Positions 1 through 8,945 of a stretch of 64,000 nucleotides of DNA are shown piece by piece; within the stretch, counting starts at the first letter, position 1, and each line of letters opens with the position of its first letter. The notes beneath the pieces are model-generated. The model had not been told where the DNA came from. It made no database searches and saw only the letters and a program-made list of their open reading frames with translations. The DNA is from Nitrosopumilaceae archaeon (GTDB taxonomy: Archaea; Thermoproteota; Nitrososphaeria; Nitrososphaerales; Nitrosopumilaceae): contig OZ242274.1 in assembly GCA_965207375.1 (NCBI GenBank), positions 576,001 to 640,000 of the forward strand, read 5' to 3'. The translations under genes and the position numbers were made by a program.

Positions 1-1
1 G

Positions 2-328
2 GAAAATGTTTTCCTTGCAGGCAGGCTCTTATCTGAAAACCAAGGCATTGATTCTCTAGTCCAAAGTGTAATACAAAATTCAAAAATTTCTACGGTTGTC
101 ATTTGTGGCAAGGAGGTATGGGGCCACAAAGCAGGCCACGCATTACTTTCATTGTACAATAATGGAATTTCAACTGATGGAAGAATAATTGACTGTCACA
201 GTCCTGATCCGACACTGACTGCAACTGTTCATGACATTGAACAGTTTCAAAAGCAAATTACAATAATTGATAAAATTGGACAAGATGATCCAAAAGAGAT
301 CATACGTCTTGTACAAACACTGACATGA
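2..328 (+). CDS. MtrA-like (tetrahydromethanopterin S-methyltransferase subunit A-like) corrinoid-binding protein, 5'-truncated by window edge
   Basis: Frame 2 translates ENVFLAGRLLSENQGIDSLV...VICGKEVWGHKAGHALLSLYNNG...GRII, matching the MtrA pattern ENxGI...CGxExxGH..G; TGA at 326-328. Confidence 0.75.
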   Translation, partial: ENVFLAGRLLSENQGIDSLVQSVIQNSKISTVVICGKEVWGHKAGHALLSLYNNGISTDGRIIDCHSPDPTLTATVHDIEQFQKQITIIDKIGQDDPKEIIRLVQTLT

Positions 329-504
329 AAATTAATTCGTAATTGGACAATTCTTGCAATTTTCATCTGATATGCTGTTCCACCAAATAGTGTGATCCGT
401 GTTTAATGAAAATGCGTGGTGCGGACTGCAAAATTGAGACCACTCAAATGGAAACAAATTTCTGATAGGCGGTGTACTACAAGTCCCAAAAAAGAACTAG
501 ATAT

Positions 505-2153
505 GTAACAGATCGACTTTCTGAAGTTGTCTAGAAAATCGATCTGACAGCAGAAATTATTACTGACATGTCAATATACTTGAGTATTGTACCCGTATCA
601 AAACATCAGATGAAACAGTATCTTTTACTATAAGGAAATATCTAGGCAGCAGCTGCTAGTACCGGCAGTTGTGGTTTTACACACACGGGAAGACATGCCA
701 CAGGCATTGGTATGTCAGTAACCTTGCCATCAAGAAAATCCTTAAAGAATCGATACGGATTGATTCTGCGTACATTGCAGGTGGCATAGATTGTGGCAAG
801 CGTTTCTGTAGTTTCTAGGCCTCTCTTAGATCTATTTCCGTACAGTATTTTGCGCATCAGAGCCACACCTCGTAGCGCCCTCTCGCTGGTATTGTTGTGA
901 TATTCAACATTAGGATGACGCAAGAATGTAAGTAGTTGATTTCTTTCTCTCTTGAGCCGCTTGGCATATCGCTTACAATCCTTGTCAGAATATTGCTGCT
1001 CTGCAAGCGTATCTATTCTGTTCTGTAACGAATCTATCAGCTCTGATGATATGTCCTTTTCATCCCATGCATCCTGTGCACTCTTGAATATGTTGTGCAA
1101 CTCTTCAAATAATTTCTTAAACTCGTCACTATCAGTGCAGTCTTTGGTGCGATACATGTCGCGATGATAATGTAACAGACATCTCTGCTGCTCTTTACCG
1201 AGATCGTTCCATCCCGGATAAGAATCTGAATTCGTAATTCCGTCAAATTCGCCCAGTATTGCCTCTGCTACCAGCTTGCTGCGGGTAGGTGCTATGTGGA
1301 ACAATCGAATGTATTGAGATGCAAATACCCACACCCAGAACCTTTTCTCGTCAAGGTGCCAACCCGTCTCGTCTCCGTATATCACGCCTGCCTTGATTAG
1401 ATCCTCAAGCAGAGAATCATACAATGGTCTGCACATATCCGATACCTTGTGACACATTTTGACTAGAGTTGAATCAGGTATGTGTTTTCCATACATCATA
1501 GATATGATGAGACGTATCTTTTCAAAGGATATTGACATGTTTCGTAACACTACGACCATGGCCATTATGTTATTGCCATAGTGCTCGTTTGAGAGTACCT
1601 CAGGCACGTGTGCAAATTGTTGAAATTTACAGTTTTTGCAGTAACGACGCATGATCGTCCATTGGGTACTGCACCATCTTCCGTCTACAACATCCTCAAT
1701 GGTTCTGGTGTACGAATTTGCAGATTCAGACAGTATATTGCCGCAGTTTGTACAGTGCAGCATGTCTGCTGTTTTCTTTCTTGTATCTGGACTGGTCTCA
1801 TATGTTTTCTTTCTCTCAGGTCTGGTTTCTGTATGCGGGTATTCCTTGAACTCTCTTTTGTTATAGCTACGTAATTTGCCTGATTTGTGCCGTTTGGTCT
1901 TTAGTTTTAAATTCTCTTCTTCTAGCTGTTTTATTTTGTCTTTTAGCTGTGTGTTTCTTTTATCTCCGTATTCTTCTTTTCTACAGCATCAAATCTTTTG
2001 TTGAAAAATTCTAATATTTTGATAACATCTGGGTTATTCCAATCAACATCGGTAATCTCAAATCCCGAAATCAACGATTTATGTTATGAATACGTGATCA
2101 ATATGTCTTGCTATTTTGCTTTATAAGAGAACTTCAGAAAGTCGAGGTGTTAC
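505..2153 (-). mobile_element. IS66-family (ISBst12-like, single ORF) insertion sequence, copy A
   Basis: 23-bp TIRs GTAACAGATCGACTTTCTGAAGT (505-527) and GTAACACCTCGACTTTCTGAAGT (revcomp of 2131-2153), 21/23 identical; 8-bp TSD CTAGATAT at 497-504 and 2154-2161. Confidence 0.95.
642..2074 (-). pseudogene. IS66 TnpC-like DDE transposase with one -1 frameshift near 1955 (main ORF 642-1763, frame open upstream to about 1950)
   Basis: CxxC zinc ribbon, GDETGW, SDSY, QRCLLH and NNTSERALR motifs; N-terminal segment from TTG 2074 (DWNNPDV...) stops at about 1945 in a different frame. Confidence 0.85.
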
Positions 2154-2316
2154 CTAGATATCCATTGATGGGAAGATAACCCGTCTGGTTAAAGTTTAGT
2201 ACACCGCGTCCTGCATAGTAATCACAAAAAAGAATGAAACGTTTTCTGATTCCATCTGCTCTCTTAGATTTTAACTATCTATAAATAATCTTGCTTTGGC
2301 AATTACCATAATAACT

Positions 2317-3096
2317 ATGAAAAATCTGCAATACACAATCCCGTTTTTGACACTGATTCTACTAGTTCCAGGAACTGCTTTTGGACAAAATGCTGACAAA
2401 TACTCGCTGGATGAAATTAACAGTGCATTTGAAAATACGGAAAACTATGTAACATATACAGATAAGAAAAATCAAATGAAAATCGATGTTGCATCAATGA
2501 AATCAGATGGAATTGATAAAAAAGATATTAAGATAATAAAACAATATGCCAAGGTACATAACAAGATCATGAAATCTTTTCTAAACCATGGTAACATGAC
2601 GGCTGTTGTAGATTATGCAAAAACCGGAAAGTTCAGTCAATTATTCACGCCAACTGAATTACCAATAACTGGACAGAGCCACCAGAATACTGACTATCTA
2701 AGCCTATATGCATGTGGCATTTGGGCGTGGCAATCTCACACCGAACCTCCCGTCCTTGTTGGAAAACAGGGTTATTCCTCACTTTCTGCTATTCAAAAGG
2801 CAATAGTAAGTGACGGTTATCATCAGGTACAGCAACCTTGGGCAGATAAACGTGATGTAGGTTATACATATGCAAAAATAAACCCTATAGGTATAGGAGG
2901 ATGTAATGGCGGCGAGTTTAGAGACGAAAATCATATTTATTCCCCAGATGCAATACACGAGGATGGTAAAGGCAATATCTTAACTGACTGGCATTCATTA
3001 ACCCAGTTTAACTAACCAAATCCTGAATTAGATGACTATGTTACACCTACGCTTTGGTGGGATGTATATGTTGCCCTGTGGCATTATTCTGGCTGA
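2317..3096 (+). pseudogene. Secreted hypothetical protein interrupted by an in-frame TAA at 3013-3015
   Basis: Signal peptide MKNLQYTIPFLTLILLVPGTAFG; the frame continues past the stop as PNPELDDYVTPTLWWDVYVALWHYSG to TGA 3096. Confidence 0.6.
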
Positions 3097-3105
3097 CCTT
3101 GTATT

Positions 3106-3333
3106 ATGATCAAAAAATATATCATCATAGGTGCACTAATACTAACACTGTTGATTGTTCTACTTGTGGTAATTCCCACAGTATTTTACAAGACATGGGG
3201 CAATAATGAAATGGATTATTATGTACCCAATGACAATTTCATGGCAATATGTGACGAGGTGTTGTGGCAGCCTCCTACCAACTGCCAGACTTGGGTAAAG
3301 GTTGAATATGCAAAAGATAATTTTGGTAACTGA
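3106..3333 (+). CDS. Small membrane-anchored hypothetical protein
   Basis: 75-aa ORF with N-terminal hydrophobic helix, starting 9 bp after the extended upstream gene. Confidence 0.55.
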   Translation: MIKKYIIIGALILTLLIVLLVVIPTVFYKTWGNNEMDYYVPNDNFMAICDEVLWQPPTNCQTWVKVEYAKDNFGN

Positions 3334-3479
3334 TCGATTTGTAGAGTAATAATCTAGGCGTGCAAAAATCCTCATTGTTCAAAATATATGACATGATATT
3401 GCACATTCTGCATTATTTCATAGAATCATTGTAATACCCAAGGCTTGACTGTATCATGGCACCAGAAATCTCTTTTATG

Positions 3480-3693
3480 TCTAGTTGCTAGTTTGATACA
3501 ATGCTCCTTGATTGGCGGTGCCTCTGGTGATTTCGTTTAGCTGTTCGTTGTCACGTTCTACGCGTTCAAACCGTCCTATGACGTACTTCGTATAATTTCA
3601 CCACATCTGGGTTGTTCCAATCATAATACGGCACATGGATACTTGTTCACGTAATAGTTAATTTGTACCCAAATGGTTCTAATTGCAAATTAC
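3480..3693 (-). mobile_element. Degenerate 5' end of another IS66-like element
   Basis: Minus strand begins GTAA at 3693 and encodes frameshifted YDWNNPDVVK...RFERVE, similar to DWNNPDVIK...RFDAVE of copy A. Confidence 0.5.
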
Positions 3694-3702
3694 GCCCGTA
3701 GA

Positions 3703-5466
3703 TTATTCTCCATCATCTGCATCTCCACGCCTAAGATCTCCTATGCCATACTCTTCAATAATTGCATCTCTTTGCTCATCAAGAGAACTGATCTCTTCGG
3801 CCTCTCTCTTTTCATCGCCTTGGTATACCGTACGTATTGGCCACGGGATTCGAATGTCGTTCTTTTTGAATTCATCATAAATGTACATCAGCATGTCTGT
3901 TTTGATCTTGTACTGGGAACCATAGTCTCGAACATACACCCATAAGGTAAAATCCAAAGATGAATCATTGAATCTATTAAAACGAACCACAGGTTGACTA
4001 ATATCTGAGTGTATGTCTTTGTCGCATCCGCAACTTGGTTTGTTATTATCTAGATACGGACATCTGATCTGTCTTACAACGTGCCTGCCCTTGCCGTCAG
4101 TAACCTGTACCATGGCTTTTTTTCCAACCTTGACCAAAATAGCTGCCACCTGTCTTGGATTATTCAAATATGAAACTCCTACCTCTACAACGGCTGGCAC
4201 CATCTTGATCTCCTTTGAATAATTAATTATCTGCGCATTAACTAGCTGTCTTGTAGGAATTATGGCAAAAGATTCGTTTAATGCATCTCGAAGATATGTA
4301 ACCCTTGGCGTAATTTTGTGTACATAGCCGTTGTATCCTGTATCTAGCTTTATTCGATCGCCTTCGACAAATATTTTGTCCTTTCTAATTAATATATACG
4401 CAAAATAATTCTGCATAGTTTCTTGTAATGCAAAACCTATACCTATTGCCAATCCACCTGTAGCGGTTGCAAGAACAACAAGATCGACTCCCCACCAGCT
4501 GACTACTCCGATTAACACCCCAATGAAAATTCCCAACGGCAAAATCTGGGAAATCGATTTTGGCAAATCCTGGCGTTTTCTGTGCGCGTTTCCTGGAGGT
4601 CGTGCCCCTGCAAGAATGGCTTCAAAACCACCCATTCTTTTTTCTTCCCGCCAAATATCAATAGGATAGATCTCTTCGGGCTCCTGACCTGTTTTCAGTT
4701 TTTTTCCTGCCTGATTTTTACCTGAGACACAGCTTTGAAAATAATCTTCATACTTTTTTCTTTCATTTTTCTTCCAGTCTTCAAATGGATTCTTTATGAG
4801 TGCCTCGTAACTTCCGATGGGAATTCCTTTTGTGGTTCTATATCCTTCTAAATACATTCTGCCCTCCTCGGTTTTCCTCTTTTCCTCAAACTCCTCCTCG
4901 GACATATCTTCAGGTGCCTGCGTTGGCGCAACCCACTTGAAAAATTTATGAAATACATCTCCTACATCGTCATGAAATCCTCTTAATTCCTTCCATGCCT
5001 CAAAGTCTTCTTTTTCTAGTACCGCCTTTGCCCTTTTTGTCAGTATTATGGGAATCAAATGCGCAACAGCATATCCTACAACAAGAATATTTATGGTGTT
5101 TAGAATCTTTGCAAATGTTTCACCTGCCGTCATCTGTTCACTATACATTGCTGCAATCCGTTCTACTTCATCATCAAATAATTCAAAGGTTTGAATATAC
5201 GCATTAGTAGATGAAACCAACACTATGGCAAAGAACGGCAATATTGCAACCCTGACAAGCCTAGATAAGTGTGGCCTGTGATAATAGAATTTTTGCGTCT
5301 TGACCCAGTTAGAAAATTTGTAATAACCTAAAACGATACCTACTATTCCAATTACTAGTACTATAAATGCGATTTGTAGCGACGTTGATGAGGACAACAA
5401 TTGTGAAAGTGTATCAAACTGCCCAACCTGACTTGATACTGCATCTATAATCTCTTCTTCTGCCAT
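3703..5466 (-). CDS. mscS: MscS-family mechanosensitive channel with large insertion
   Basis: GLAIGIGFALQETMQNYFA, GDRI, G.V.KI..R.T, IINYS, FNDSSLDFTL and IRIPWP motifs. Confidence 0.85.
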   Translation of the reverse strand: MAEEEIIDAVSSQVGQFDTLSQLLSSSTSLQIAFIVLVIGIVGIVLGYYKFSNWVKTQKFYYHRPHLSRLVRVAILPFFAIVLVSSTNAYIQTFELFDDEVERIAAMYSEQMTAGETFAKILNTINILVVGYAVAHLIPIILTKRAKAVLEKEDFEAWKELRGFHDDVGDVFHKFFKWVAPTQAPEDMSEEEFEEKRKTEEGRMYLEGYRTTKGIPIGSYEALIKNPFEDWKKNERKKYEDYFQSCVSGKNQAGKKLKTGQEPEEIYPIDIWREEKRMGGFEAILAGARPPGNAHRKRQDLPKSISQILPLGIFIGVLIGVVSWWGVDLVVLATATGGLAIGIGFALQETMQNYFAYILIRKDKIFVEGDRIKLDTGYNGYVHKITPRVTYLRDALNESFAIIPTRQLVNAQIINYSKEIKMVPAVVEVGVSYLNNPRQVAAILVKVGKKAMVQVTDGKGRHVVRQIRCPYLDNNKPSCGCDKDIHSDISQPVVRFNRFNDSSLDFTLWVYVRDYGSQYKIKTDMLMYIYDEFKKNDIRIPWPIRTVYQGDEKREAEEISSLDEQRDAIIEEYGIGDLRRGDADDGE

Positions 5467-5770
5467 GCCTACATCTTTGGCAAAAGTTAGGTATCTTGGT
5501 TAATAATTGTTGTATGATATCATATTTTTTATCAATTTTTGTAAAAAATTATCTTAAAAAACGGCTATTTGTACCCGGGTATCGGCACCTGTGGATTTGT
5601 TCCTTGTACTATTGCCTGATGCAGGCAGGATATGCACAAATATTGTTGATTGTTCAGGCACAAATTGTCATACCTGATATGCCAAATCAGGCACAAAATA
5701 CTGAGGCCATCTAGATGTGTATTGCCCACTGCTTGTAACATTTAACAAGGACTGTAGCTAAATCTATGAA

Positions 5771-7123
5771 TTGAGCTTGGAAACTGCATGGGATGATTCC
5801 CCGTCACTGAAATCATACACACTGAATAATTTCAGGTCCTTGCCCCAAATTCAAAATATTTCTGAGGACAAACAATTTGAAATGGAGGTTGTTGGAAACG
5901 TCTTGCCATTTAAAGCAAATAACTATGTAGTAGAACAGTTAATTGACTGGAATAACATACCAAACGACCCAATGTTTGTTCTGACATTTCCACAGCGAGG
6001 AATGTTAAAACCAAAACATTACCAACAAATGGAGGAAACTCTGAAAAAAGGCGCAGATAAATCTGAAATTGCCAAAGTAGCAAATGAAATCCGCCTGCAA
6101 TTAAATCCGCATCCCGCAGGACAAATGGAATTAAACGTTCCAGTCTTGTCTGATGGAACAAAACTATACGGAATGCAACACAAATACAAAGAAACCTGCC
6201 TTTTCTTTCCTAGTCAGAGTCAGACCTGCCATGCATATTGTAGTTTCTGTTTTAGATGGCCGCAGTTTGTGGGAATGGATGAAATGAAATTTGCAATGAA
6301 GGAAAGCGAATCCTTAATTCAATATGTAAGTGAACATCCTGAAATTACCGATATACTATTCACCGGAGGTGATCCGATGATCATGAAGGCAAAAATTTTC
6401 AAAACATATGTTGATTCGTTATTGTCTGCAGATTTGCCCAATCTGAAAACCATTAGAATTGGAACCAAATCTCTGGCCTATTGGCCCTACAAATTTTTGA
6501 CAGATGCCGATGCAAACGATATGCTAGAAACATTTGCAGATGTGACCGGCAAAGGACTTCATCTAGCGTTTATGGCCCACTTTAATCATATTGCAGAGCT
6601 GTCAACTGGCCCCGTAAAAGATGCAATAAGGCAGGTCAAAAAAACGGGCGCTGAAATCCGGACACAATCCCCGTTACTTGCACACATTAACGATGATGCA
6701 GACATGTGGGCACAAATGTGGAGAAAACAGGTTCAACTCGGCTGTATTCCATATTACATGTTTGTAGTACGGGATACGGGCGCACAACATTATTTTGGAG
6801 TTTCACTAACAAAGGCGTATGAGATTTTTAAAAGTGCATACATGCAAACAAGCGGCCTGTGCCGTACGGTAAGGGGTCCTAGCATGTCTGCTACCCCCGG
6901 CAAGGTGCTAGTTGACGGCATATCCACAATTAATAACAAAAAGGTAATCTCACTTCGATTTTTACAGGGAAGAAACCCACAATGGGTTCAAAAGCCGTTT
7001 TTTGCCCAATATGATGATACGGCAATATGGCTAGACGATCTAAGGCCTGCATTTGAAGATCGGTTCTTTTTTGAAGATGAATTACACCAAAAATACGGCC
7101 AGGCAAAAACTCTAGCAAAATAA
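5771..7123 (+). CDS. KamA-family radical SAM 2,3-aminomutase (lysine/glutamate 2,3-aminomutase-like)
   Basis: QHKY, CHAYCSFCFR (CxxxCxxC), FTGGDPM, RIGTK, HFNH, QSPLL and PYYMF motifs. Confidence 0.88.
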   Translation: MSLETAWDDSPSLKSYTLNNFRSLPQIQNISEDKQFEMEVVGNVLPFKANNYVVEQLIDWNNIPNDPMFVLTFPQRGMLKPKHYQQMEETLKKGADKSEIAKVANEIRLQLNPHPAGQMELNVPVLSDGTKLYGMQHKYKETCLFFPSQSQTCHAYCSFCFRWPQFVGMDEMKFAMKESESLIQYVSEHPEITDILFTGGDPMIMKAKIFKTYVDSLLSADLPNLKTIRIGTKSLAYWPYKFLTDADANDMLETFADVTGKGLHLAFMAHFNHIAELSTGPVKDAIRQVKKTGAEIRTQSPLLAHINDDADMWAQMWRKQVQLGCIPYYMFVVRDTGAQHYFGVSLTKAYEIFKSAYMQTSGLCRTVRGPSMSATPGKVLVDGISTINNKKVISLRFLQGRNPQWVQKPFFAQYDDTAIWLDDLRPAFEDRFFFEDELHQKYGQAKTLAK

Positions 7124-7198
7124 TAATTTTTACTCTTAACCATCTAGCTAAAACAATCTCACTTATCATTATTTAGTAAATTAAAACCGATAAATAGC

Positions 7199-8644
7199 AT
7201 GGATGCAAGTACAGTCCTAAAAACCATTGAGGATAAAAATATAACATTTATAGATTTCTGGTTTGTCGATATTTTCGGCGAATTACACCGAATGGGCATG
7301 CCAAGCTATGCCATTGACGAATCTAGTTTTACAAACGGCCTTGAAAAACTAGATGGAAGCTCAATTGCTGGCTTTAAATCAATAAACCAATCAGACATGA
7401 TTTTAAAACCCGATCCATCATCATTTCGAATTTTACCTCCAGACTATGATAACGGTCACAGAATAAATGCAAGAATCATCTGTGATTTGTATGAGGGAAA
7501 TACAACAGAGGAATCCCGCTATAACAGGGACTCGAGAGGAATATCCTACAAGGCCGCATCCAAGCTAAATGATTTTGGCTTTACCCATACAAACTGGGGA
7601 CCCGAGGTTGAATTCTTTGTTTTTGATAATATCAACGTCTATCCCTCCCCCTATGCTGCAACACACTCTGGAGGCGGCTCTGGATATTCAATTGAATCCA
7701 AGGAATCTCCCTGGGCAAAAGGCAACATAAGCACAGCCATAGATTTCAAAGAGGGATATTATCCGTCACAACCAAAAGACACCCTTGAAACCTTTAGAAA
7801 GGACGTCTGTGACGATCTGTACAAATATTTTGGAATTAAAATTGAGGCAGAACATCACGAGGTAGCAACATCTGGACAATGTGAAATTAACCTTGTTTAT
7901 GACGACATGTTAAACATGGGTGATAATGTAATTACAGTAAAAAATGTTGTAAAGGTAAAGGCAAAACGGCAAAACAAGGTTGCCACCTTTATGCCAAAAC
8001 CAATATTTGGAGATAATGCATCTGCAATGCACACACATCAGAGCTTGTGGAACGACAATACAAACGCAATGTATGATCCTGATGATGATGTGGCACAACT
8101 AAGTCAGGTTGGAAGGTATTATGTGGGTGGATTACTTGATCATGCATCTGCGCTATGTGCAATATCTAATCCTACTACCAACTCTTACAAACGACTAGTT
8201 CCAGGATTTGAGGCTCCAGTTAACATGTGTTGGGGCATTGGAAACAGGTCTGCTGCAATTCGAGTTCCAATGTATTATCGTAATCAGGAAAAAAGCAAGC
8301 GAATTGAATATCGGGTTCCAGATCCGACTGCAAACATCTATTTGCTAGAGGCAGCACTGCTTTTAGCCGGATTGGATGGAATAAAGCAAAAACTTGATCC
8401 CGGTGATCCCGTAAAAGAAAATGTATACAAATTAACTAGTGAAAAGAAAAGAGAATACAGAATTGGCTCACTGCCTGTCTCGTTAAAGGGAGCACTAGAC
8501 GCCTTGAACAGTGATCAGGATTTCCTATCAGAGGTATTTACCGTTGATTTTCTAGATATCTACAAGGAATTAAAGCAAAAAGAATATGTCGCATTTGCAC
8601 AAACTCCCACCCCTTGGGAAGTTTCAATGTATACTGATTCTTAA
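7199..8644 (+). CDS. glnA: Type I glutamine synthetase
   Basis: DGSSI, GPEVEFF, HHEVA, TFMPKP, NSYKRLVPGFEAP, NRSAAIRVP and RIEYRVPDP motifs. Confidence 0.92.
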   Translation: MDASTVLKTIEDKNITFIDFWFVDIFGELHRMGMPSYAIDESSFTNGLEKLDGSSIAGFKSINQSDMILKPDPSSFRILPPDYDNGHRINARIICDLYEGNTTEESRYNRDSRGISYKAASKLNDFGFTHTNWGPEVEFFVFDNINVYPSPYAATHSGGGSGYSIESKESPWAKGNISTAIDFKEGYYPSQPKDTLETFRKDVCDDLYKYFGIKIEAEHHEVATSGQCEINLVYDDMLNMGDNVITVKNVVKVKAKRQNKVATFMPKPIFGDNASAMHTHQSLWNDNTNAMYDPDDDVAQLSQVGRYYVGGLLDHASALCAISNPTTNSYKRLVPGFEAPVNMCWGIGNRSAAIRVPMYYRNQEKSKRIEYRVPDPTANIYLLEAALLLAGLDGIKQKLDPGDPVKENVYKLTSEKKREYRIGSLPVSLKGALDALNSDQDFLSEVFTVDFLDIYKELKQKEYVAFAQTPTPWEVSMYTDS

Positions 8645-8689
8645 ACTGGTACAACTATCAATACGACCCAACATTGCACTGTTACTATA

Positions 8690-8776
8690 TCTGTTAATGT
8701 GGTTTTGAAATTATGTAGGTTTTAGGCACAAGTTTGCAATACCATAAAAAATACCAGGCAGAACGATAACAATTAC
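8690..8776 (-). repeat. Solo left end of IS66 family B (degenerate)
   Basis: Revcomp begins GTAATTGTTATCGTTCTGCCTGG; homologous to 10426-10483 (direct) and 43565-43657 (inverted). Confidence 0.75.
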
Positions 8777-8800
8777 CAAATTATAGATTTACAAAATCAA

Positions 8801-8935
8801 CAATAATTTCTGCTTTAGGTCGATTTTTTAGGCAACTTAAGAAAGTCGATCTGTTACGATTTATGTTATGATTACGTGATCAATATGTCTTGCTATTTTA
8901 CTTTATAAGAAAACTTCAGAAAGTCAAAGTGTTAC
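8801..8935. repeat. Two fused ends of IS66 family A
   Basis: 8801-8857 resembles the revcomp of 505-561; 8858-8935 resembles 2076-2153. Confidence 0.85.
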
Positions 8936-8945
8936 ATCGAATGAT

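Larger units (their letters stand above)
469..2207. mobile_element. Small MITE-like element (about 82 bp when reconstructed) split by the IS66 insertion
   Basis: Perfect 11-bp inverted repeat GCGGTGTACTA (469-479) / TAGTACACCGC (2197-2207) brackets the IS66 copy; no clear TSD. Confidence 0.5.

Noticed and set aside
5580-5710. Recurrent GGCACAAA-like words upstream of the KamA gene and the 72-aa ORF 5496-5714
   Set aside because: Irregular spacing and degenerate copies, so not a CRISPR array; the ORF has no recognisable features; at most operator sites or IS debris
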